Assembly (NCBI GenBank): GCA_963169295.1
Contig: CAUJDD010000104.1
Coordinates: 1,085 to 65,084, forward strand
Length of the DNA: 64,000 nucleotides
Direction: 5' to 3'
DNA from: Bacteroidota bacterium
GTDB lineage: Bacteria > Bacteroidota > Bacteroidia > B-17B0 > Aurantibacillaceae
The notes under the pieces are model-generated. The model saw only the letters and a list, made by a program, of their open reading frames with translations, made no database searches and was not told where the DNA came from. Made by a program: the position numbers and the translations under genes. This document shows, in pieces, positions 39,878 to 50,217 of this stretch. Numbering within the stretch: the stretch's first letter is position 1; every line of letters starts with the position of its first letter.

Positions 39878-42800
39878 ATGAAAAAACTATATACACTTCT
39901 GTTTTCAATACTGTTTGTAGCAACATTTGCTCAAACTTTCATTCTGCCATCTACAGGTGTACAAAACACTTATAGTGGAGGATGTCCAGTTGGTACCTGC
40001 TCAGGAACCTTATTAGACCCAGGAGGTGCAGGAAATTACCCTAATAATGTCAATCAAATTTATCAAGTGTTTTGTCCAACCACACCAGGAACATGTATTC
40101 AAGCCACTTTCACAAGCTTTAATACAGAGCTGGGTTATGACTTTTTAACAATAGGAAATGGCCCTGCACAAAATAGTGCAGTTTTTACGGGTGCGCCAGC
40201 AAACGCATCCGGTCAAATTTGGGGAACTCCCACAGTACCTTTTAGTTATACAGCAAATAATAGTTCAGGATGTTTAACCTTTAGGTTTAATTCTGATGCA
40301 ACCGTTAATAGACCCGGATTTACTGCCTCATTATCTTGTGTGCCTTGTGGTGCCGCTCAACCTGCCGGGAACTCTGATGCATGTGCCGCATCTTTTATTT
40401 GTTCAAATTTAGGATTTAATGATGTTTCATATGGTCCAGGTTTAAATCCAACCGAAGGCTGTGCCGGAAGTAGTTGTGTTACTGGAGAGACATATTCTAA
40501 CTGGTACACTTTTTCAGCCGCCACATCAGGTTCATTAACCTTTACAATTAACCCAAATACTGGTTCAGATGATTTTGATTATGCAATATTTGGCCCGAAT
40601 GTTTCTTGTGGTGCATTAGGAAATCCTCTAAGGTGTTCTTATGCTGCAAATACTGGAAATACTGGACTTGGAAATGGGGCTCTTGATACTTCAGAAGATG
40701 TTACGGGTAATGGCTGGACTTCACCTATGACAGTAACCGCTGGCCAAACTTACATGTTAATGATAAACAATTGGACAGCAGGTGGAGCGGGATTTAATAT
40801 TTTATTTGGAGGTACTGCAACACTTGGCGTATTAGCCCCCGCAGTATCTTCAACTTCAATTTGCGCAGGTCAAAGCGCTGTATTAACTGCTACACCAGCT
40901 ACACCTGGAGGAACTTATACTTGGTCGCCAGGTGGCGCAAATACTCAATCCATTTCTGTATCACCAGGATCTACTACTTCTTATTCGGTGGTTTATGCTC
41001 AAGGTGGATGCACAAGCCCAGCTTCTGCTTTAGCAACCGTTACTGTAAACTCCGTTCCAACTGCAAATGCTGGTACAACAAAAACTATTACTTGTGCAAA
41101 TCCAACAGCTACATTAACCGGTTCTGGTGGTGGTAGTTATGCTTGGAATGGACCAGGTATCGTGTCTGGTGGAACTTCAGCTAATCCTGTTGTAAATGCA
41201 CCTGGAACCTATAGTTTAAATGTAACATCACCCCAAGGCTGCACATCATCAGTTGCAACCGTTGCTATTTCACAAAACACAACCACTCCATCTCCTACAG
41301 CCAATCATACCGGAACCTTAACCTGTTCTAATGGCACTGTTGCATTAACTGGTTCACCTTCAAGCGGTGTAACTTACCAATGGAGTGGGCCAGGATTTAG
41401 TGGCGGAACTACCTCTCAAAATGCTATAGCAACTGCTCCTGGTACTTATACTTTAAGGGTAACCGACGCAGTAAATGGTTGTACCGCAACTGCCGTTACT
41501 ACTGTTACACAAAACACAGCAACACCTGTGGTTACGGGTGCAAGTACAGCAACTCTAACTTGTGCGTCAAATACACTTAATCTTAATGCAACTACCGCTG
41601 CAACACCTGTTAGTTATAATTGGAACGGACCAGGAATAGTTTCGGGAGTCGGCACTGGTACAATTACAATTAATCAACCTGGTACTTATAACTATACCGT
41701 TACTAATACTTCAAATGGTTGTGTAACCACTGGCACAAGATCAGTAACTCAAAATACGACCGCTCCAGTTGTAAATGGTTCTGTAACTGGAACATTATCT
41801 TGTGTTAACAATACTGTAAATATAACTGCTACAACAGCCGCAAGTCCTGTAAATTATAGTTGGAATGGACCAGGTATAGTAAGTGGTTCTTCAACTGGCA
41901 CGATTACCGTAAACCAACCAGGCACCTATAATTATACTGTAACAAATATTTCCAATGGTTGTTTTACTACGGGCTCTCAAACTGTTACTCAAAGTGCCGG
42001 ATTACCTGTAGTAAATGCTTCAACTTCGGGTACACTCAGTTGTACAACCACTTCGCTAACGGTAAGTGCTACTACTACAAGTTCACCTGTTAGTTATAAC
42101 TGGAACGGACCAGGAATAGTTTCAGGTACTGGTACAGGCACTATTACTGTAAATCAACCTGGTACTTATAACTACACTGTTACTAATACTTCAAATGGTT
42201 GTAGCACAACTGGATCGCAAGCTGTATCAAGTAACACCACAGTGGTAAATGCCAATGCTTCTAGTAGTGGTTCAATTACTTGTGCAACAAATAACGTAAC
42301 CCTTACCGCTACTCCAACCGGAACGAATTTCAATTATAGCTGGACAGGTCCAGGTACCATTACTAATGGAACTACTGATTCACCTAGTGTAGATGCAGGA
42401 GGAAATTATGTGGTTACAGTAACTAATAGCACTAATGGTTGTTTTGATACATTCACAATTTCAGTATCTACAAATACAACTGTTCCAATTTTAAGTTTAG
42501 CAGCTAATTCATTAACGACTACCTGTACAACTTCTACTGTTATGCTAAATGCTTCTTCAAATACAGATCCGAACTCTGCTTATAGTTGGACAGTTTCATC
42601 AGGAGGATCATTAAGTAGTACCACGGTTAATAATCCAACCGCATTAAGTGGTGGTATTTATGATGTAGTAGTTACTAATACAGTTAATGGGTGTGTTTCT
42701 TCGATGCAAACAGTAACTGTAACTGCTGATGCCAATATTCCTACTTATACACTTTCAGCAACGGATGTAACATTAACTTGTATTTCATCAAGTGAAACAG

Positions 42801-44209
42801 TAACACTTACAACCACACCTACGCCATTAAATTATACTTGGTCACCATCACCAGCAAGTGGTGTAAACTCTACCATACCAACATTTAATACAGCAGGTGT
42901 TTATACTTGTGTTATTACAAATACTGTAAATAACTGTAGTACAACCGCCCAAGTAACCGTGAGTAGTAATACAACCATTCCAAGTGTTACAATCTCAGGA
43001 ACACAAACATTAACCTGCGCATCTCCAACTGCTGCTATTACACTAACAACTACTCCAGCAAGTGGATTAACTTATAATTGGACAGGAGGTACCATTGTTT
43101 CTGGACAAGGAACCGATAACATAACTGTTAACCAAGCAGGAAACTATACAGTTACAGTTACTGATGCTGTAAATGGTTGCACAACCACCGCAAATACTCA
43201 GATATTTGCTGATACAAATGTACCAAGCGCTTCTGTCTCTGCAAGTACTAATAGTATCATTACTTGTGTGAATAATACCGTAACTCTAACAGCTACAGTT
43301 ACTCCAAGCGCAACCTATTCTTACACTTGGTCGCCTAGTGGAAATACATCTGTTTCTGAAAATGTTACTTCAGCTGGTATTTACACAGTTACTGTTTTAA
43401 ACGCATCAACTGGATGTACTGCTACTGCTCAATTTACAGTTACAAACAACATAACAGCTCCAAATGTTACTAGCTCAAATACAACAACACCTTGTGGTTC
43501 ACCTTCGGTGACTTTATTAGCTAGTTCCACAAACACCAATGTTTCTTATTCTTGGTCGGCATCGTCAGGAACAATTCTTTCAGGTAGTAATACCGCTAAC
43601 CCAATTGCTGGAGGAGCCGGACAATATGTAGTTACTGTAACAGACAATGATAATGGTTGTACAAATTCACAAACAATAACCGTTACAACAACCAGTATCA
43701 CTTCATCGTTCTCGGTTGATCCAACAAGTGGTTCAGCGCCATTAACTGTAAACTTTACAGATCAAAGTAGTGGTACTGGTAATACTTATTCTTGGAACTT
43801 TGGTGATGATAACAACAACACTTCCTCTTCAGCTAATCCAAGCCACGTGTATAACACAACTGGAGATTACACGGTTACACTTACTGTAACAGACGCATCA
43901 GGCTCATGTTCATCAACCTCAACTGTAGTTATAAATGTATTTGATAATGCAAGTATTACAGTTCCAAATGTATTTACGCCAAATGGTGATAGCAAAAACG
44001 ATGTGTTTAAAATTATTACAACAGGCATTGAGGAACTTCATTGTGATATCTTTAACCGCTGGGGAACTAAGGTTGCTAGCCTTGAAGGAACAAACGCTAT
44101 TTGGGATGGAAATAACGCTAAAGATGGTACCTATTTCTTTATCTTAACAGCAAAAGGTTATGATGATAAAGAATATAAACAACAAGGATACATAAACTTG
44201 TTTAGATAA
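39878..44209 (+). CDS. Giant cell-surface adhesin-like protein with an N-terminal CUB-like domain, about 13 Ig-like repeats, a PKD domain and a type-B T9SS (gliding-motility-associated, CHU_C) C-terminal domain
   Basis: Has a signal peptide. The CUB-like segment is GTLLDPGGAGNYPNNVNQIYQVFCP...GYDFLTIGNG...LTFRFNSDATVNRPGFTASL. Repeated roughly 80-aa units follow the pattern TLTC....V.L.A......Y.W.GPG......G.Y.VTVT...NGC. The PKD-like block is PLTVNFTDQSSGTGNTYSWNFGDD...HVYNTTGDYTVTLTVTD. The C-terminus is VPNVFTPNGDSKNDVFKI...DGTYFFILTAKG...GYINLFR. Confidence 0.85.
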   Translation: MKKLYTLLFSILFVATFAQTFILPSTGVQNTYSGGCPVGTCSGTLLDPGGAGNYPNNVNQIYQVFCPTTPGTCIQATFTSFNTELGYDFLTIGNGPAQNSAVFTGAPANASGQIWGTPTVPFSYTANNSSGCLTFRFNSDATVNRPGFTASLSCVPCGAAQPAGNSDACAASFICSNLGFNDVSYGPGLNPTEGCAGSSCVTGETYSNWYTFSAATSGSLTFTINPNTGSDDFDYAIFGPNVSCGALGNPLRCSYAANTGNTGLGNGALDTSEDVTGNGWTSPMTVTAGQTYMLMINNWTAGGAGFNILFGGTATLGVLAPAVSSTSICAGQSAVLTATPATPGGTYTWSPGGANTQSISVSPGSTTSYSVVYAQGGCTSPASALATVTVNSVPTANAGTTKTITCANPTATLTGSGGGSYAWNGPGIVSGGTSANPVVNAPGTYSLNVTSPQGCTSSVATVAISQNTTTPSPTANHTGTLTCSNGTVALTGSPSSGVTYQWSGPGFSGGTTSQNAIATAPGTYTLRVTDAVNGCTATAVTTVTQNTATPVVTGASTATLTCASNTLNLNATTAATPVSYNWNGPGIVSGVGTGTITINQPGTYNYTVTNTSNGCVTTGTRSVTQNTTAPVVNGSVTGTLSCVNNTVNITATTAASPVNYSWNGPGIVSGSSTGTITVNQPGTYNYTVTNISNGCFTTGSQTVTQSAGLPVVNASTSGTLSCTTTSLTVSATTTSSPVSYNWNGPGIVSGTGTGTITVNQPGTYNYTVTNTSNGCSTTGSQAVSSNTTVVNANASSSGSITCATNNVTLTATPTGTNFNYSWTGPGTITNGTTDSPSVDAGGNYVVTVTNSTNGCFDTFTISVSTNTTVPILSLAANSLTTTCTTSTVMLNASSNTDPNSAYSWTVSSGGSLSSTTVNNPTALSGGIYDVVVTNTVNGCVSSMQTVTVTADANIPTYTLSATDVTLTCISSSETVTLTTTPTPLNYTWSPSPASGVNSTIPTFNTAGVYTCVITNTVNNCSTTAQVTVSSNTTIPSVTISGTQTLTCASPTAAITLTTTPASGLTYNWTGGTIVSGQGTDNITVNQAGNYTVTVTDAVNGCTTTANTQIFADTNVPSASVSASTNSIITCVNNTVTLTATVTPSATYSYTWSPSGNTSVSENVTSAGIYTVTVLNASTGCTATAQFTVTNNITAPNVTSSNTTTPCGSPSVTLLASSTNTNVSYSWSASSGTILSGSNTANPIAGGAGQYVVTVTDNDNGCTNSQTITVTTTSITSSFSVDPTSGSAPLTVNFTDQSSGTGNTYSWNFGDDNNNTSSSANPSHVYNTTGDYTVTLTVTDASGSCSSTSTVVINVFDNASITVPNVFTPNGDSKNDVFKIITTGIEELHCDIFNRWGTKVASLEGTNAIWDGNNAKDGTYFFILTAKGYDDKEYKQQGYINLFR
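41524..42243 (+). repeat. Three consecutive, highly similar 240-bp (80-aa) tandem repeats inside the adhesin gene
   Basis: The units start at about 41524, 41764 and 42004. They share long near-identical DNA stretches, for example AATTGGAACGGACCAGGAATAGTTTC and AATCAACCTGGTACTTATAACTA...ACTAATACTTCAAATGGTTGT. Protein units share SYNWNGPGIVSG.GTGTIT(V/I)NQPGTYNYTVTN(T/I)SNGC. Confidence 0.85.
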
Positions 44210-44230
44210 AGTTTAACCATTTAGTTTTTT

Positions 44231-44261
44231 AAAAGCTATCTCTTTTCGAGATAGCTTTTTT
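44231..44261 (+). terminator. Rho-independent terminator after the adhesin gene
   Basis: Perfect 12-bp stem AAAAGCTATCTC / GAGATAGCTTTT with loop TTTTC and a trailing T-run. Confidence 0.85.
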
Positions 44262-44289
44262 ATTTACATTTGTAGGTATTACAAAAAAG

Positions 44290-44853
44290 GTGACAAAAAT
44301 AAACGATAGAATTATTCTAGGAATTGACCCTGGTACACTTGTAATGGGCTATGGATTAATTCATATAAAGAACAATACATTGTCGTTATTAGCATTAGGC
44401 GTTATTAAACTTGATAAGTACGAAGAACACGCCGACCGATTAAAAAAAATATTTGAACGCCTAATTGGTTTAATTGAAGAATACCACCCTGATGAATTAG
44501 CCATTGAAGCGCCTTTCTTTGGAAAGAACGTTCAATCCATGTTAAAACTAGGTCGATCTCAAGGTGTTGCTATTGCTGCTGCATTATCAAAAAACATTCC
44601 TATTAATGAATACTCACCTAAAAAAATCAAAATGAGTATTACCGGAAACGGAAACTCCTCTAAAGAACAAGTGGCTGCTATGCTTGAAAATCTTTTGAAG
44701 TTTAAACATGCAGATAAATACCTAGATGCGACTGATGCTTTAGGCGTAGCTGTTTGTCATTATTTTCAAAACAAAGGGTTAGCATCTACAAAAAAGAAAG
44801 CTTACTCGGGATGGGAAGCTTTTTTAAAAGATAATCCTAAACGGAAAGCTTAA
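44290..44853 (+). CDS. ruvC: Crossover junction endodeoxyribonuclease RuvC
   Basis: ILGIDPGTLVMGYGLI, ELAIEAPFFGKNVQSMLKLGRSQG and DATDALGVAVCH are RuvC catalytic acidic-residue blocks. The start codon is GTG. Confidence 0.93.
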   Translation: MTKINDRIILGIDPGTLVMGYGLIHIKNNTLSLLALGVIKLDKYEEHADRLKKIFERLIGLIEEYHPDELAIEAPFFGKNVQSMLKLGRSQGVAIAAALSKNIPINEYSPKKIKMSITGNGNSSKEQVAAMLENLLKFKHADKYLDATDALGVAVCHYFQNKGLASTKKKAYSGWEAFLKDNPKRKA

Positions 44854-44854
44854 C

Positions 44855-47467
44855 TTATTTAAGTGCCTTACAACTAATTTTATTTTGATTAACTGTAATT
44901 AAATAATTTTTCTCGTTTTGATACAATTTAGTAACTAAAGGTGTCTGAGAAATGTTATCGTAACTATTAATTAATTTAGCATTCACATCTAGTTCATAAA
45001 GTTTAGAGCCTACCTTGTCATAAGCTAAAATCACATCTTTATCTACACTTTGAATATAGTTTACAGATTCGAATACTGCTTGTTCATTAAAATACTCGAA
45101 GAGTTTTACTCCAAACACATCGTATGCAAAAAGTGCGCCATTACCATAAACAAACATATCTTGTTGGTTGTCGTCATTAATTAATGTAAGTGTAATTTTA
45201 TATCCATTAACCTCATCTCCAATTTTAATAGTTTCCTTCTTATCCGTTAAAGAAACTTTGTTGATTAAACTATTTTTGTCATCTAAATAAAATAATTTTG
45301 TGTTACCTAGATTATTTCCTCCTAATATTGTAAAATGGTTTAAATATTCTATAGTTCTATTACTAAAATCAATACGCCCTTCCCCTTTTCTGCTAAATGC
45401 ATATATTTTTCCTCCCACGTCTGATGTAATTAAATAATCGCTAGGCCCTACACGCACATATTGAATTGGTAATGTTACGACATCGTCTGTTTTTACAAGA
45501 TTGAATCCTTCTGTTTTTATACCATATAATGTATAGTTATAAATTCGTTTGTCCGCACAAGCAAAAAACACCCTATAATCCGATTTATTTTCATAATCTA
45601 ATAAAGTAATATTTGAAGTAATTTGGGAAGGTAACTTTACAGGATAGCCTTGTACTTCATTTCCATTTCTGTCTATTAAGTGTAGGTGATTTGAGGTGTT
45701 AAACAATAATTGGAATTTGCCATTCTTAAAAATATCAACTGTATAAATTTTAGATTTTATAACACCATCTAATTGTTTTTTCCAGATTAAATTACCTGTT
45801 GAGTTTATTAAATATAATTGATTTAAGGTGTCTTGAAAACATAATTCATTCTCTTGTGTAAGATGGTTCTTGAAAATTTGAGGAGAAGAAATTAGTGCTG
45901 TGTCTGCCTTAAATGTCCATAACACATCTTCAGGTTCATTTTCTGTTCTTTCCACTTGATATAAAGTATTTAAGCGTAATTGTATGTTTTCACGAGGTGT
46001 TTTAGCAGTAAGAGATACATGTGTAATTGCTTTATCAGTGTTCTTTAAATCTTCAAAATTAAGTAACGAGTGATGATTTTGTGAATTAAGAAGTTGATGA
46101 TTTTCATAATAAAAATAATTACATGCTAAATCCAAATTATCTTCTGCATAATCCATAAAATCTTTTTGTTTGCCCAAATAAGTATTATCACCTATAGTTT
46201 GTAAATACTGTTGTAACATAGTTTGACTTGAGAACATAATTAGCATATTATTAAAAAGTATTGCAACCTCCTTCTTATTATCACGAGGGGTTATTTTAAA
46301 AAGTTCTGTAAATTGTGGTTTTAAAGTATATGCCGTTATTTCATTATATACTTGGGTTGTATCAGAAATCCATTTAAGTAATTCGGTCGTTTTATACGCG
46401 TCTTTTAGTTTTATTAAAGACATATTATGTATAGTATTTTCAATTGAATAGATTGCTGATATCATTTCTTTATCTATATTTTCAAAACTCTCTGTGTTTA
46501 TATCAAATAAAGCACTATCCGAAAGGGTTTGCCAAGCCGAATTATTTTGATGTTGAATATCCTTACCCAATATTAAATTTATTTTTTCAAAATAAGACTT
46601 AGGATTACTTAATGAAACGGCTTCTATAACCACTGGATTCGCAGCTAAAAATTGATAGCCCGTAATGTTAGATGGTTCTTGGTTTTTTAAACCATTAAAT
46701 AAAGGGTTATCTGATAAAGTGTTGTATCCTGTTAGGGTAATTGAGTTTAACTTTATATCGGTATTCCATAATGATTGACCCAAAAGCAATTCAGACGCTA
46801 AACAATTTGTCTCCTCATGATTGATATATACCAAATTATTTTGACCACCATTTTCCTTTATCAACTCAAGATATGAACTTGATATAGATAATGATTTTTG
46901 TTTATCCAAATCTATACATTCTTGTAAAAACGATAAGTCTGAACACAAGTAAACTAATCCATTTTCACAAGTAATTGTCCACTTTTGCTTATTATTAATA
47001 AAATAATAGGCCTTAAAAGATGAGATGCTTGTTTCCTTAGAAAAGGTTTTAGCAAAAAAATCTTCGAATAACGACGCATTGTTTTTCTCCTTTAGTTTTA
47101 AGAGTATTAAATGTTCGTATTGATTGTTTTTCTTACACATCGCCCAATAAACGGGATTTTCAGAAACAATAGTATTTATATCAGATGAACCTTTTATGAG
47201 TGAATCGATAAATGTGATACCGTTTTGGGCAACCTGTAACTTAGAATTACTTAATAACTGATTCCAAATTAAATTTTGCCGAGTTAATTTCGAAATCAAC
47301 TCTGTACAATTATTTGTTTCAATTACACAACTTGCATTAGCAGGAATGTGTTCTAACACAACAGCATCTGGTTCTTTACTTTCTTGAAGCTTGAAATATC
47401 CCCAAATAGCTAATACTATTGAACCTAATACAAAGCCATAAAAAACAATTCTCCGAAAAAATTCCAT
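44855..47467 (-). CDS. Large membrane-anchored hypothetical protein (870 aa), with beta-propeller-like repeats in the C-terminal third
   Basis: Has an N-terminal TM helix (IVFYGFVLGSIVLAIWGYF). The C-terminal segments resemble PQQ/FG-GAP-like blades (LYLINSTGNLIWKKQLDG..., LHLIDRNGNEVQGYPVKL). No catalytic motif was recognised. Confidence 0.55.
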   Translation of the reverse strand: MEFFRRIVFYGFVLGSIVLAIWGYFKLQESKEPDAVVLEHIPANASCVIETNNCTELISKLTRQNLIWNQLLSNSKLQVAQNGITFIDSLIKGSSDINTIVSENPVYWAMCKKNNQYEHLILLKLKEKNNASLFEDFFAKTFSKETSISSFKAYYFINNKQKWTITCENGLVYLCSDLSFLQECIDLDKQKSLSISSSYLELIKENGGQNNLVYINHEETNCLASELLLGQSLWNTDIKLNSITLTGYNTLSDNPLFNGLKNQEPSNITGYQFLAANPVVIEAVSLSNPKSYFEKINLILGKDIQHQNNSAWQTLSDSALFDINTESFENIDKEMISAIYSIENTIHNMSLIKLKDAYKTTELLKWISDTTQVYNEITAYTLKPQFTELFKITPRDNKKEVAILFNNMLIMFSSQTMLQQYLQTIGDNTYLGKQKDFMDYAEDNLDLACNYFYYENHQLLNSQNHHSLLNFEDLKNTDKAITHVSLTAKTPRENIQLRLNTLYQVERTENEPEDVLWTFKADTALISSPQIFKNHLTQENELCFQDTLNQLYLINSTGNLIWKKQLDGVIKSKIYTVDIFKNGKFQLLFNTSNHLHLIDRNGNEVQGYPVKLPSQITSNITLLDYENKSDYRVFFACADKRIYNYTLYGIKTEGFNLVKTDDVVTLPIQYVRVGPSDYLITSDVGGKIYAFSRKGEGRIDFSNRTIEYLNHFTILGGNNLGNTKLFYLDDKNSLINKVSLTDKKETIKIGDEVNGYKITLTLINDDNQQDMFVYGNGALFAYDVFGVKLFEYFNEQAVFESVNYIQSVDKDVILAYDKVGSKLYELDVNAKLINSYDNISQTPLVTKLYQNEKNYLITVNQNKISCKALK

Positions 47468-47617
47468 ACACCTAAATTAAATAGTTTAAAAACATATTAT
47501 AATTAGTGTAAATAGGAGTTATGAAAACTCTACTGTGAATTGAATTAACCATTAAAAAACGTTATACTTTATTTAATCAGAGCTGATTTTTAGTAAAGAA
47601 TTGTATTTTTGTATAAT

Positions 47618-47974
47618 ATGTTAAAGCCTCTATTTTATATTTTAATATTTAGTACTATTTTATTATCATGTACCCCAGATAAGGAAGAAGATATTGTTAT
47701 ACCTTCTTATTTATTAAGTGAAGAACAACTAGTGAGTGTATTAACAGATGCTTACTTATCAGAAGGAGCATCAGGTATAAATGTAAAAAATGTAATAGGA
47801 GAGAAATATGATTCAGCTTATGTGTTTAATCCACTTCAAGAGCATCATATTTCAAAATCAACATTTGATTCAACAATGAATTTTTACACCAAACATCCAC
47901 AAAAATTAAAATTAATTTACGAAAAGGTTCTTGAAAAATTGAGTGTGATTCAGGCTAATGGAAAACTAGAATAA
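47618..47974 (+). CDS. Small lipoprotein (DUF4296-like)
   Basis: The ATG at 47618 gives MLKPLFYILIFSTILLSC with a lipobox-like LLSC. The ORF-track start at 47609 is a TTG three codons upstream. Confidence 0.6.
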   Translation: MLKPLFYILIFSTILLSCTPDKEEDIVIPSYLLSEEQLVSVLTDAYLSEGASGINVKNVIGEKYDSAYVFNPLQEHHISKSTFDSTMNFYTKHPQKLKLIYEKVLEKLSVIQANGKLE

Positions 47975-49189
47975 ATGAATGTGATAGACATTATAAAACA
48001 ATTAAATGATCAATATTTTGATACGATCGTCAAGATAAGACGTCACATTCATCAATATCCTGAATTATCATTTGAAGAAATAAACACATCAGCTTATATT
48101 TGTGAGATACTAGACAAATATCAAATTTCATACACTAAAGGGATTGTAAAAACAGGTATCATAGCTGTTATACAAGGAAAAAATCCCAATAAAAAAACAA
48201 TCTTATTAAGAGCTGATTTAGATGCTTTACCTATTGAAGAGAAAAACGATGTAAGTTATAAATCTAAACATAAAGGCGTTATGCATGCTTGTGGACACGA
48301 CGTTCATACGGCCTCTGTTTTAGGAACAGTTATTATCTTAAATCAATTAAAAGCTGAATTTGAAGGGACTATTAAAATTATGTTCCAGCCTGGAGAAGAA
48401 GTATTGCCAGGTGGTTCGTCATTAATGATAAAAGAAGGTGTGCTAGAAAATCCACCAATAAATATGGCGATTGCACAACATGTATTTCCAAGTTTAGAGA
48501 CTGGAAAAGTGGGTTTTAGAGCAGGTATGTATATGGCAAGTACAGATGAGATTCATTTAACTATTATAGGTAAAGGCGGACACGCTGCCATGGCGGGTGA
48601 TTACATTAACCCACTCATAGTTTCTGCACATATTATTACTGAAATAGAAAAATGTTTTCCAATTACGATTGATTTGGAAGGGGTGGCTAGAAATACACAA
48701 AACAACATTCCTACTGTAATTGCATTTGGTAAAATAGAAGGTAAAGGCGCCACGAATGTAATTCCAGAATCGGTTTATATGGCAGGAACTATAAGAACCA
48801 TGGATGAGGTTTGGAGAAAAGAAATAAAAACAAGGATTAAAGAAATAATTAACCAAATATCTAACCAATACAATGTTTCTGCTGAACTAGATATAATTGA
48901 TGGTTACCCATTTTTAATAAACAATGAAGCTAGTACTATCCTTTGTAAACAAGCTGCAGAAGAATATCTTGGAAAAGAAAATATAGTAGAATTACCTTTA
49001 AGAATGACTGCAGAAGACTTTGCTTATATCACGCAACAAGTTCCTAGTTGTTTTTATCGTTTAGGAACAGGCAATATTACAAAAGGTATTTCTTCTGGGG
49101 TACATACCTCTACTTTTAATATTGATGAAGATGCACTAAAAATTTCAAGTGGGTTAATGGCTTGGATGACTATTAAAGCAATTGAATAA
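47975..49189 (+). CDS. M20D-family amidohydrolase (N-acyl-L-amino-acid amidohydrolase / hippurate hydrolase-like)
   Basis: IRRHIHQYPELSFEE, LLRADLDALPI, HACGHDVH and FQPGEE motifs are present. Confidence 0.87.
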   Translation: MNVIDIIKQLNDQYFDTIVKIRRHIHQYPELSFEEINTSAYICEILDKYQISYTKGIVKTGIIAVIQGKNPNKKTILLRADLDALPIEEKNDVSYKSKHKGVMHACGHDVHTASVLGTVIILNQLKAEFEGTIKIMFQPGEEVLPGGSSLMIKEGVLENPPINMAIAQHVFPSLETGKVGFRAGMYMASTDEIHLTIIGKGGHAAMAGDYINPLIVSAHIITEIEKCFPITIDLEGVARNTQNNIPTVIAFGKIEGKGATNVIPESVYMAGTIRTMDEVWRKEIKTRIKEIINQISNQYNVSAELDIIDGYPFLINNEASTILCKQAAEEYLGKENIVELPLRMTAEDFAYITQQVPSCFYRLGTGNITKGISSGVHTSTFNIDEDALKISSGLMAWMTIKAIE

Positions 49190-49190
49190 A

Positions 49191-50060
49191 CTATAAATAT
49201 AAATCATCAGTTTTTAGTCTTAAGTATCGGCTAACCGAAAGAGCAGCGCTTAATCCAGAGATTAACATACCTAATAACACAATGCCACCAAACAATAATG
49301 CTAATAAGTTTGGATCTTGTAATTGTAATAAATCAGGAATATATTTAGTGCTTAAAATTAAAAATCCTGCTAATAAAAATCCTGCTAATATTCCAGCAAC
49401 AACACCTTGACGTATCCCCTTAAAAATAAAAGGCATACGAATAAAGCCTTGTGTTGCTCCTACTAAATACATTGTACGAATTAAGAAGCGCTTAGCATAT
49501 ATAGATAAACGAATAGTGTTGTTTATTAATGCAATGGCTACAATAAGTAACAGGCCACTAAAAATTAAAATATAAAGACTTATCACCTTGGCGTTATCAT
49601 TAACTTGTTTAATCATGTCTTTATGATAGATAACTTCTTTTACAAAATGTTTTTGTAATAATTGTTTTTCAAATCCAGCAAGGCTATCAATATTTGCATA
49701 ATCAGAATTTAACTTAACATCTAATGAAGATAATAAAGGGTTATAACCCAAAAAACTGATAAAGTCTTCACCCAGATCTTCTTGTAATTTCTTTGCGGCT
49801 AAATCTTTACTGATATAATTAACCTCCTTAGCAAACGATGATGTGCTGATTTCTTGTTTCAACACATCTAATTCAGCATTTGTTGTTGTGTCTTTAAGAA
49901 TAACTTGAAATCCAATGTTTTCTTTAATATGGTTAGATAATTTTTTAGCATTAATAACCACTAAGCCTAATAATCCTAGCATAAACAACACCAGTGCAAG
50001 ACTTATCACTACTGTAACTGATGAGGTTTTTAATTTTTGTGATGTTGTATTATTCGACAC
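49191..50060 (-). CDS. ftsX: FtsX-like cell-division permease
   Basis: The topology is an N-terminal TM helix, a periplasmic domain and then three C-terminal TM helices. It has the conserved RFLIRTMYLVGATQGFIRMPF block. No adjacent ftsE is present. Confidence 0.8.
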   Translation of the reverse strand: MSNNTTSQKLKTSSVTVVISLALVLFMLGLLGLVVINAKKLSNHIKENIGFQVILKDTTTNAELDVLKQEISTSSFAKEVNYISKDLAAKKLQEDLGEDFISFLGYNPLLSSLDVKLNSDYANIDSLAGFEKQLLQKHFVKEVIYHKDMIKQVNDNAKVISLYILIFSGLLLIVAIALINNTIRLSIYAKRFLIRTMYLVGATQGFIRMPFIFKGIRQGVVAGILAGFLLAGFLILSTKYIPDLLQLQDPNLLALLFGGIVLLGMLISGLSAALSVSRYLRLKTDDLYL

Positions 50061-50217
50061 AATCTTTATTACTTTTTATCCCACTAAATTAGTGATGATA
50101 AACAATAAGATATGAAGTGAATAAAAGAATAATTAACAAGTAAATGTTTGTTTAATAAAGAATGTGTAACCATCATGAAAGCAAAATAAATCCTCCATGA
50201 TGTTGTACCAAGTTTAA

